A stretch of DNA of 64,000 bases. Origin: Chitinophagales bacterium. Lineage in GTDB: Bacteria; Bacteroidota; Bacteroidia; Chitinophagales; UBA8649. The stretch spans positions 178,674-242,673 of the forward strand of contig JASJJC010000009.1 of assembly GCA_037624485.1 (NCBI GenBank), given 5' to 3'. How positions within the stretch are numbered: the first letter of the stretch is position 1; each line of letters begins with the position of its first letter. This document shows, piece after piece, positions 1 to 8,157 of the stretch. A program made the translations under genes and the position numbers. The notes under the pieces are model-generated. The model saw nothing but the letters and a program-made list of their open reading frames with translations. It did no database searches and had not been told where the DNA came from.

Positions 1-24
1 AGGTTCCAAATTAAAAATTAAGAA

Positions 25-1227
25 ATGCAAATTATATTTTTTAGAGCGTATGCTACTTTGCCAGAATTTTTTAATTCCTTGTTTAATACGGATATTATAC
101 CAGATATTCCGGTAAATACTTATGGCTTTTTTGTAGCGATGGGTTTCATGGTAGCGGCTTTTGTGACGGCTAAAGAACTGAGAAGAAGGGGAGCTATTGG
201 TATGATTAAAGATATACCAAGTAAGGAAGTTGTAGGAGCCAAACCGACCTGGAAAGATTTGATTTCCCCAATAATCATGGGTTATTTTATCGGAATGAAA
301 ATTATCGGTGCATTGATCAATGATCCTTCTTTGCTAACGCAAGGACAAAAAACAGTGAGTTACTTATTTTCAGGATATGGCTTTCATATTTATGGGGCAA
401 TTGTTGCCGCCATTGCGGCTGGATATACCTACTATACAATTAAAAAAGAGGCCTTGCCCGAACCTATCGAGAAAGAGTTACAGCTTAAACCGGAAGATTT
501 AGTTGGTGAGCTGGTTTTCGTTGCGGCAATTTTTGGTGTGATTGGTGCAAGTGTATTTGAATTGATACAGCCTAATTCCGACATGACCTTGTTCGAGTTA
601 TTTAGCGATCCTATGAATTTTTTAAGTGGGTTAACCATTTACGGAGGACTTACCTTTGGCATTATTGGTGTTTCCATTTATGCATGGCATCGAAAGTTGA
701 AGCCATTCATTTTGTTCGACTCTATTTCGCCAGGATTTATTTTAGCTATGGCATTTGGACGAATGGGTTGTCACTTCAGTGGAGATGGTGATTGGGGAAT
801 AGTTAGCTCTAGCCCTGCTCCAAGTTGGTTGCCGGAATATTTTTGGAGTAATCATTATGCATACAACGTGATTGGTGATGGGGAGAGGATTGCCGGTTGT
901 ATAGGTAAATATTGTACACAGTTAGTTCCGGGCGTATATCCAACTGCAATCTATGAGATTTTCATGTTTTTTGTCTTTTTTGCAGTTATGTGGAGCTTCA
1001 GAAAGCAATTTACGCACCTTCCTGGTTTTATGTTTATGGTGCTTTTTGTGGTAAGTGGAATCGAAAGGTTCCCAATTGAAATGATACGAGTTACGGATAG
1101 ATTCCCTTCATTTTTTAATCTCTCACAAGCTCAAATTATATCTATTTGTATGGTCATATTTGGTGCTACAGGGATGATTTATCTTTGGAATAAAAACAAA
1201 ACTAAACATCCTTTAACCAAGCATTAG
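25..1227 (+). CDS. Lgt-family polytopic membrane protein (long, divergent paralog of prolipoprotein diacylglyceryl transferase)
   Basis: 400-aa ORF with many hydrophobic spans. Blocks resemble Lgt by eye (NTYGFFVAMGF, LTIYGGLTFG, FGRMGCHFSGDGDWG, YPTAIYE), but canonical positions are substituted. Confidence 0.55.
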   Translation: MQIIFFRAYATLPEFFNSLFNTDIIPDIPVNTYGFFVAMGFMVAAFVTAKELRRRGAIGMIKDIPSKEVVGAKPTWKDLISPIIMGYFIGMKIIGALINDPSLLTQGQKTVSYLFSGYGFHIYGAIVAAIAAGYTYYTIKKEALPEPIEKELQLKPEDLVGELVFVAAIFGVIGASVFELIQPNSDMTLFELFSDPMNFLSGLTIYGGLTFGIIGVSIYAWHRKLKPFILFDSISPGFILAMAFGRMGCHFSGDGDWGIVSSSPAPSWLPEYFWSNHYAYNVIGDGERIAGCIGKYCTQLVPGVYPTAIYEIFMFFVFFAVMWSFRKQFTHLPGFMFMVLFVVSGIERFPIEMIRVTDRFPSFFNLSQAQIISICMVIFGATGMIYLWNKNKTKHPLTKH

Positions 1228-1248
1228 AGTTTGGCAATAAAGAGCGTG

Positions 1249-1884
1249 CTAAAAAAAAGGATTGTTTTGTTTTTCAAATCCAATACTCGTCTTTTGACCA
1301 TGTCCATTATAGACAATGGTTTCTTCAGGTAAAGTAAATAGTTGCTCACGGATTGAATGCAATAAGGCCTCATGGTTTCCACCTGGAAGATCTGTTCGAC
1401 CAATACTCATAAAGAATAAGACATCTCCAGCAATTACAAACTTATCTTGCGCACTAAAAAAACTAATACTAGCGGGTGAATGTCCAGGTGTGAGTAGAAT
1501 ATCTAAAACACTATTGCCAAATTTAACTTGTTCACCTTCCCTTAAATACTTTTCAATACTTGGCGAAGGGTCAAACACGAATCCATACATTCGACCATGA
1601 TCAATAGAAGCATCTAGGACTACTTTTTCACCTTGGTGAGCCTCAAGAATTAGCTTGTATTCCTCGGCAATAAAAGCATTACCACAAATATGATCTAAAT
1701 GACAATGGGTATTTATAAGTCGAACAGGCAGGAGTTCATTTTTTCGAATAAATGACGTCAGTTGTTTGCGTTCATTCGCGGTATAACAACCCGGGTCAAT
1801 AATAATACATTCCTTTGTTTCATCATACAGAATATAGGTGTTTTCTTGAAATGGATTAAATGTAAAGGATGCAACATGAATCAT
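1249..1884 (-). CDS. MBL-fold metallo-hydrolase (glyoxalase II-like)
   Basis: 211 aa. HxHxDH motif (HCHLDHICG), downstream GHSPASISF and a C-terminal NGHG, typical of the metallo-beta-lactamase fold. Confidence 0.8.
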   Translation of the reverse strand: MIHVASFTFNPFQENTYILYDETKECIIIDPGCYTANERKQLTSFIRKNELLPVRLINTHCHLDHICGNAFIAEEYKLILEAHQGEKVVLDASIDHGRMYGFVFDPSPSIEKYLREGEQVKFGNSVLDILLTPGHSPASISFFSAQDKFVIAGDVLFFMSIGRTDLPGGNHEALLHSIREQLFTLPEETIVYNGHGQKTSIGFEKQNNPFF

Positions 1885-1975
1885 AATCTATCGTTTTAGT
1901 ATGGTACCCTCAAATTTTACAAAATTAAATTACAGGAAACAAACTATTATCAGTAATTTTCGTTTTTAATCTACA

Positions 1976-4900
1976 ATGAATTTTTCCTTGAAAAATATCT
2001 TCAACTTATACGTAGTCTTAGCGATTTTGTTTTGTTCAGGGGGAACCATGGCTTTCAGCCAACAGTCTCAAATTACCTTTGGTAAAAACAGGGTGCAGTA
2101 TAAGGATTTTGATTGGCAATTTTATGAAACGGATAACTTCCGTATATATTTTTACCAAGGTGGTCAGGACATGGGTAAATATGCTATTATGGCATCGGAA
2201 AAATGCTTAATCGAAGTCAATGATCTATTAAATGTTAAGCTTGCCGAAAAGTTGGATTTGATTGTCTATAATGATATTTCCGACATGCATCAAACCAATA
2301 TTGGTTTGGCAGAAGATGTGGAGTCGATAAGTGGTACTGTCCAGCTAAAAAACAATAAACTCTTTGTTTATTTTAATGGTGAACACAGCGATATAGATCG
2401 TCAAATAAAAGAAGGAATTACACGTATTCATATTGGCAAATTATCCAAAGGAAGTGGTTTCCAAGAAGTTATTCAAAATAGCTTGTTGTTAAATTTGCCG
2501 GATTGGTTTACAGAAGGCCTCGTGCAATATGCCGGCACGCCCTGGAGCACTCAATTAGATAACGAACTGAGGGAAGGCATCCTATCGGGAAGATTTAGTA
2601 ATCTAAGTAACTTGTCTTCTGATGAAATGCGCTTGGTGGGTCATTCCTTATGGAATTATGTTGAAGAAGTATTTGGGATGGACGCCGTTGGAAACCTCTT
2701 ATATCTTACCAAAGTAAATAGAAGTGTTGAAGATGGAATTCTATTTGTTACCGGGATGTATCAGGATCGTTTTCTAGAACAATGGTATTACACCTATTTA
2801 GAAAAATTTAAAAATGAACAAGCCTTGTATGATTCTATCAATGAGTCATCGATCTTGCCACTTAAGAAGCATAAATCATTCATTAAGCATCAGGCGAAGT
2901 TAAGCCCAGATGGAAAGTATGTCGCATACACCATTAATGATTTAGGTCGTTGGAAAGTCCAAGTGTATAACTTAGAAACGGAAGAAACAATAAGCCTAAA
3001 AAAAGGGGGATTTCGAACGACCTCCTTGGAAACGGATTTGTCCAACCCTTTAGTCGCTTGGGAGCCTAAAGGAAAAAAACTAACAGTAATCTATGAGAAG
3101 AAAGATTTGTTTAATATCATTCATTATACCGCTGAGGATTTTAAACGAGAAGCAAAACCAAAACCTATGCGCAAATTTCAAAAGGTTTACGATTTCAGTT
3201 ATGCGGAAGACAGTCGAAATTTATTGTTATCTGCCATGCAAATGAGCCAAATTGATATTTTTAAATATTACATGCCGACCAATAGGGTGACGAAGATAAC
3301 AGACGATTTTTATGACGACTTACAACCAAGCTATGTGTCCCTAAATGGACGCAGTGGTGCTTTGTTTATATCGAATAGACCTTCAGATGAACTGGTTTCA
3401 GGAAGATTGGATACGATTTTACCAAATAGTACTTTCGATGTATTTTTCTATGATTTCAATAACCCCATCCAAGCTTTTTCTCAAATCAGTTTCACGCCTT
3501 TAGCAAATGAAAAATATCCGCAAGGGTTTACCGATAGTTCTTACACTTTTTTGAGTGATGCAAGTGGTATATACGCTCAATACGAAGGGACATTAGAAAG
3601 AACGCGCACAGCCGATAGGGTCAAGTATGTCTATACAATCGAAGAGGACTTAGGGGCGACCGATTCCGTGGTTCTTGATCAAGGAATTTTATTAGAGGAT
3701 GCGCTCCCTTCGAAACAAACCTTAAAAGCAATCAAAAACCAGGAAATTGTTGCAGTATATAAGATGCAAGGAGCAAACCAACTATTCAAACAATACAATA
3801 GGAATATTGAAGAGCTTAGTATAGGGAAATTGGATGAATCTCAAGTAGAGCTTTTAAGTATAGATGGTGCGGTAGTTCTTCTCCAAAGTGATATTGATTA
3901 TACCTATATCCAATCAACTTTAAGTACGAAATTCATGATTCGACTTAAGGATGAATTTGAAATTGAACAAAACAAGAAGACTTTTTCGACTAAGCTTTTG
4001 GAAGTAGATACCACTAGCCAAGAAGTAGAGAAAGCAATCATCTATCAAAGTAAATTTGATGGCTGGGAGACCCTGTCCGAAGCGCATAAGCGGGCATGGC
4101 TAAATGAAGGATCTAGTCTTGCACAAAACACGAGTGATGGATATAAGCTTAGTCGAACAAGACAGTATTTTATTAAATTTATGACCGATAATGTTTCGGT
4201 GGGTCTTGACAATTCTTTGCTGGTAAATAATTATCAGCCTTTCAACCCATCAGATCCAACATTTACTCAGCCAGGTTTAAATCCTATGCTTCGATTTGGA
4301 ATTACTGATTTGTTCGAAGACCATAAATTATATGGAGGTATTCGTATGCCTTTATTTGGCAATCTAAATCCGCAAGTCAATGGTCAAAGTCTTCCTTTCA
4401 AGATTGGAATTTTCGAAAACATGGAGCTTTTTGTAAGCTATGAAAATTACAAAAAGAGGTGGGATAAAAGTCTTACATTTTACCACAAAAACTTAAGCGA
4501 GATAAGGAATATATTCTATCCAACGGTAAATTTAAATACGCTTGGTGTATTGAACACGAAAACGAATTTGGTAGAATCAAAATTTACCTACCCATTCAAT
4601 CAGTTGAACAGCCTGCGTGTTAAAGTTGGTTTTAGGAATGATCGATTCATTGTTAAAGCTACAGATTTTCTGACTTTGAATACTGCAAATAGCAGCCAAA
4701 ACTGGTTATATAATCGTGTAGAGTATGTGCATGATCATACCTTAGCCGTTGCGAAGAATGTGAAGTATGGTTTTAGAGCTAATGTATATTTTGAATTTCA
4801 AAAAGAGTTTCCAACGCGGGAAGACACCATTTTGAAACAGCAAGTGCAGGTTCCAATTTTTAATAACTCTTATTTAATGCTTTGGGGAGTGGATGCAAGG

Positions 4901-5485
4901 CATTATCAAAAGGTTTATAAAACCATAATTTGGGCCAATCGGTTTGCCTATAGTACCTCAATAGGTACAAATAAAATGGTTTATTATTTAGGTGGGACTG
5001 AAGGTATGTTATTGCCAGGATTCAATGAGAACAGTATTGTGAGTGCTGAAAACAACTATGCCTACCAAAGTCTAGCTGTTAATATGCATGGCTTTCAACA
5101 TAACATTCGAAATGGGAATAGTTTTGCAGTGATTAATAGTGAATTGAGAATTCCCATTTTTTCAACCTTTAGTCGTCGAGAACTAAAATCAAGCCTATTA
5201 GAAAACTTTCAAATTATTGGATTTTTTGATGTGGGAACAGCTTGGGAAGGGTTTTCTCCATTTGGTAATGGGAATATAGCCCAAGAGAATAGACAAAATT
5301 CGGTTGAGAATCCTACTGCAATAGCTAGACTAGACGTGTACAAGGAGCCTATTGTGATGGGCTTTGGAACAGGCTTTAGAATGGAATTAATGGGTTATTA
5401 TATTCGAGCGGATATTGGTTGGGGCTATGATACGGGGAAAGTCAATAAGCCACGTTTTCAGTTTGCTTTAGGATATGACTTCTAG
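1976..5485 (+). CDS. Large secreted/outer-membrane protein: TolB-like beta-propeller region plus C-terminal Omp85 (D15 surface antigen)-like beta-barrel
   Basis: 1169 aa. N-terminal signal-like segment (VVLAILFCSGGTMAFSQQ). SPDGKYVAY-type propeller blades. The C-terminus (NSELRIPIF...FFDVGTAW...GFGTGFRMELMGYYIRADIGWGYD...FALGYDF) looks like an Omp85 barrel ending in Phe. Confidence 0.55.
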   Translation: MNFSLKNIFNLYVVLAILFCSGGTMAFSQQSQITFGKNRVQYKDFDWQFYETDNFRIYFYQGGQDMGKYAIMASEKCLIEVNDLLNVKLAEKLDLIVYNDISDMHQTNIGLAEDVESISGTVQLKNNKLFVYFNGEHSDIDRQIKEGITRIHIGKLSKGSGFQEVIQNSLLLNLPDWFTEGLVQYAGTPWSTQLDNELREGILSGRFSNLSNLSSDEMRLVGHSLWNYVEEVFGMDAVGNLLYLTKVNRSVEDGILFVTGMYQDRFLEQWYYTYLEKFKNEQALYDSINESSILPLKKHKSFIKHQAKLSPDGKYVAYTINDLGRWKVQVYNLETEETISLKKGGFRTTSLETDLSNPLVAWEPKGKKLTVIYEKKDLFNIIHYTAEDFKREAKPKPMRKFQKVYDFSYAEDSRNLLLSAMQMSQIDIFKYYMPTNRVTKITDDFYDDLQPSYVSLNGRSGALFISNRPSDELVSGRLDTILPNSTFDVFFYDFNNPIQAFSQISFTPLANEKYPQGFTDSSYTFLSDASGIYAQYEGTLERTRTADRVKYVYTIEEDLGATDSVVLDQGILLEDALPSKQTLKAIKNQEIVAVYKMQGANQLFKQYNRNIEELSIGKLDESQVELLSIDGAVVLLQSDIDYTYIQSTLSTKFMIRLKDEFEIEQNKKTFSTKLLEVDTTSQEVEKAIIYQSKFDGWETLSEAHKRAWLNEGSSLAQNTSDGYKLSRTRQYFIKFMTDNVSVGLDNSLLVNNYQPFNPSDPTFTQPGLNPMLRFGITDLFEDHKLYGGIRMPLFGNLNPQVNGQSLPFKIGIFENMELFVSYENYKKRWDKSLTFYHKNLSEIRNIFYPTVNLNTLGVLNTKTNLVESKFTYPFNQLNSLRVKVGFRNDRFIVKATDFLTLNTANSSQNWLYNRVEYVHDHTLAVAKNVKYGFRANVYFEFQKEFPTREDTILKQQVQVPIFNNSYLMLWGVDARHYQKVYKTIIWANRFAYSTSIGTNKMVYYLGGTEGMLLPGFNENSIVSAENNYAYQSLAVNMHGFQHNIRNGNSFAVINSELRIPIFSTFSRRELKSSLLENFQIIGFFDVGTAWEGFSPFGNGNIAQENRQNSVENPTAIARLDVYKEPIVMGFGTGFRMELMGYYIRADIGWGYDTGKVNKPRFQFALGYDF

Positions 5486-5563
5486 GGACGAGTAAATTAT
5501 TGATAGGCAATCCCTTTTAATATTAAATTATTTATACTTTTACTTCACAAAAGGTAGATAAGA

Positions 5564-6436
5564 ATGAAGAAGTTTTTTCAATTTGAGCTTTTTACTTGGA
5601 ACGAGCATGTATTTTATTTTGGCAATGTTCTTCTTGCCGGATTTGTATTAGCCATCCTACCTCTTCTTTTTTTGCTGTTTAACAAGTTTATTCTCAATCC
5701 CTATTTCCGAAGAAAAGGTGTTGACCCGGGTCGGAGATATGCAATTGCACAATTGATTAAGTATGTCGTGTATACGCTTACATTTATGCTCATTTTTCAA
5801 AGTTTGGGGTTTAAACTTTCAGTCCTATGGGCTGCTGGAGCTGCTCTTTTGGTTGGAATAGGTTTAGGATTACAACAAACGTTTAACGATTTTGCATCTG
5901 GAGTAATTTTACTGATGGAAGGGACAGTCCAAAAAGGAGATTGGATTGAAGTAGGACATAATACGATGGGTGAAGTGAAAAAAATTGGACTTCGAACATC
6001 TTTGATTACAACTAGGCGAAATATTTCTATTATTGTCCCTAACTCAAAAATAACAGTAGATAATGTAATTAATCTGAGTCACAACAATAACACTGTCCGA
6101 TACACTGTCGCAGTGGGCGTGGCTTATGGTAGTGATGTTCAATTGGTGAAAAGAGTGCTATTAGAATGTGCGGAAAGACACAGTAAGGTTCTTCCGGGAG
6201 CTTTCGTTCGCTTGGTAGAATTCAATAATTCTTCTATAGACTTTGAATTGTTGTTTTGGTCCAATGAATATCAACTAATTGAAGATGTTCGAAGCGATTT
6301 ACGCTTTATGATTGATCATGGATTTAGAAGATATGGTGTCGTTATTCCTTTCCCTCAGAGAGATTTGCATATCAAAAACTTCCCAGCTACGATGAATGAA
6401 CCCAGTGACACGCAAGCAAAAGGTAGCAAAGGTTAA
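5564..6436 (+). CDS. Mechanosensitive ion channel, MscS family
   Basis: 290 aa. Three N-terminal TM helices, then an MscS beta-domain signature (GDWIEV...G.V..IGLRTSLITTRRNISIIVPNSKI). Confidence 0.8.
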   Translation: MKKFFQFELFTWNEHVFYFGNVLLAGFVLAILPLLFLLFNKFILNPYFRRKGVDPGRRYAIAQLIKYVVYTLTFMLIFQSLGFKLSVLWAAGAALLVGIGLGLQQTFNDFASGVILLMEGTVQKGDWIEVGHNTMGEVKKIGLRTSLITTRRNISIIVPNSKITVDNVINLSHNNNTVRYTVAVGVAYGSDVQLVKRVLLECAERHSKVLPGAFVRLVEFNNSSIDFELLFWSNEYQLIEDVRSDLRFMIDHGFRRYGVVIPFPQRDLHIKNFPATMNEPSDTQAKGSKG

Positions 6437-6439
6437 TAC

Positions 6440-7423
6440 CTAAAAGAATAAAAACAGGTTAATCTTCAAGAAAGACCCCACAACAAAGAATATATACAAC
6501 AGTAAGAAAAGTACTCCAAAACTTCGTGGAGTAACTTTGAAAAAACTTACTAAAACTAAAAGCAAAGTCGCAAAGAGCATAAGGGGGATTGCAAATTGAT
6601 TAAATCCATCATCATCGACAAAGTAAGGTTTCTGACTGAATACACCCACAACTGTAGGTATTGCTAATACGGCTAGTAGGTTAAATATATTGGAGCCCAT
6701 CACATTTCCTAAAACGATTCCAAATTGCTTTTTTCGCGCAGCAGCCACTGTAACCGCAAGCTCTGGTAAGGACGTCCCCAAGGCAACTACTGTTTGAGCA
6801 ATCACATCGTTACCAAGCGAAAGCATCTGGCTAATGTTAGTAATGGCATCTATGGTGTATTTTGCGCCAAGCCAAACGCCGAAGCTACTCAATGCAAAAA
6901 GTGTGTATTCCTTTTTATGAATTATGGTTTTATTATGCTTAGAATGTTCAAAATTTTTGTTTGAAAACCAAACCACATAAACTAAGTATATCGCTAATAA
7001 AACTAGGCAAATTAATGCTTCAATAAGCTTGAATGATTTATCCCAAAGGAAACAAGCGCATAAGATGGTAGATAAAATAAGTAGTAAAAATTCTATCCTA
7101 TGCTCGTCAAACCTGATAACAAATCCGGTACTTATCAAAATTGCAATTCCCGTTATAAAAAGGATGTTACTTACACTTGAGCCCACGACCGTACCCGTAA
7201 TAATATCTGGCTCACCACCTAAAATGGATGTTATGCCCACTGCAAGCTCGGGTAAGGACGTGCCAAAAGCAACAACTGTAGCTCCTATAATGAAGGCATG
7301 AATGTTAAACTTATTGCCTAATTTCTCAGCAATACAGACAAAGTAATCAGCCGATTTTAAGAGAATTATTAACGCGATAAATAAAACTACAAACCAAGCT
7401 GAGATAACAACAATAGGAGACAT
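6440..7423 (-). CDS. Ca2+/Na+ antiporter, CaCA (YrbG-like) family
   Basis: 327-aa polytopic protein with two alpha-repeat motifs: GTSLPELAVGITS and GTSLPELAVTVAAA. Confidence 0.8.
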   Translation of the reverse strand: MSPIVVISAWFVVLFIALIILLKSADYFVCIAEKLGNKFNIHAFIIGATVVAFGTSLPELAVGITSILGGEPDIITGTVVGSSVSNILFITGIAILISTGFVIRFDEHRIEFLLLILSTILCACFLWDKSFKLIEALICLVLLAIYLVYVVWFSNKNFEHSKHNKTIIHKKEYTLFALSSFGVWLGAKYTIDAITNISQMLSLGNDVIAQTVVALGTSLPELAVTVAAARKKQFGIVLGNVMGSNIFNLLAVLAIPTVVGVFSQKPYFVDDDGFNQFAIPLMLFATLLLVLVSFFKVTPRSFGVLFLLLYIFFVVGSFLKINLFLFF

Positions 7424-7473
7424 ATAGCAAATTTAATCTAGAGGTAAGAAGGATGTCAATGATTGTCTATATT

Positions 7474-8076
7474 TCACCCTGCTTCAGCAACAACTTCAGT
7501 TACTTGAGGAATCATTCTTTTCAGCATAGCTTCAATCCCATCTTTCAAAGTAGCACTACTACTTGGGCATCCAGAGCAAGCACCCTGCATAATTAAAGTT
7601 ACAATACCATTATCAAATGACTTAAAAGCGATATTTCCACCATCCATTTCAACCGCAGGCTTTACATATTTATCCAGCAATTCGATTATCTGAGCATCGA
7701 TGCCAATAACTTTTGCATTTTCAGCTTTAAGATTTTTTTGTTGTTCAAAAAAAGCTGGACTTACGATCTCTTTATCCGATAAAATATACTCCTTAAGAAA
7801 AGATTTCAATTCAAAACTTAGTTCAAACCACTCTTCCTCTGTTTCCTTTTTTGAAAGGGTAACAAAATCATTGGAAATAAATACACTATCAATATATTCA
7901 AATTCAAATAAGGCCTGGGCAAGAGGCGAAAGCGAAGCTTCTTGCACGCTTTTGCACTCTAACATTTCATTAGGCAATAAAACACTCGTAGACACAAACT
8001 TTAACATCTTAGGGTTTGGAGTGCTTTCTGTATAAATTTCAACAAATTTCACTGTCTCTTTTTCCATTATCATCAA
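7474..8076 (-). CDS. NifU/Nfu-type Fe-S cluster assembly scaffold protein
   Basis: 200 aa. Nfu_N-like N-terminus (TESTPNPKMLKFV) and a C-terminal NifU domain with CSGCPSS. Confidence 0.75.
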   Translation of the reverse strand: MMIMEKETVKFVEIYTESTPNPKMLKFVSTSVLLPNEMLECKSVQEASLSPLAQALFEFEYIDSVFISNDFVTLSKKETEEEWFELSFELKSFLKEYILSDKEIVSPAFFEQQKNLKAENAKVIGIDAQIIELLDKYVKPAVEMDGGNIAFKSFDNGIVTLIMQGACSGCPSSSATLKDGIEAMLKRMIPQVTEVVAEAG

Positions 8077-8085
8077 TTATATTTG

Positions 8086-8093
8086 CAAAGGTA
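8086..8093 (-). promoter_or_regulatory. Candidate Bacteroidota -7 promoter box (TACCTTTG on minus strand) for the nfu gene
   Basis: Plus-strand CAAAGGTA is TAnnTTTG on the minus strand, 10-19 nt upstream of the candidate start codons. Confidence 0.35.
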
Positions 8094-8136
8094 ATCCACA
8101 ATTGTATAATATTGGCTTATTAAATATCATTTTATC

Positions 8137-8144
8137 TACCTTTG
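8137..8144 (+). promoter_or_regulatory. Candidate Bacteroidota -7 promoter box (TACCTTTG) for purF
   Basis: Exact TAnnTTTG, 14 nt upstream of the purF ATG. Confidence 0.45.
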
Positions 8145-8157
8145 CACTTTTACAACT

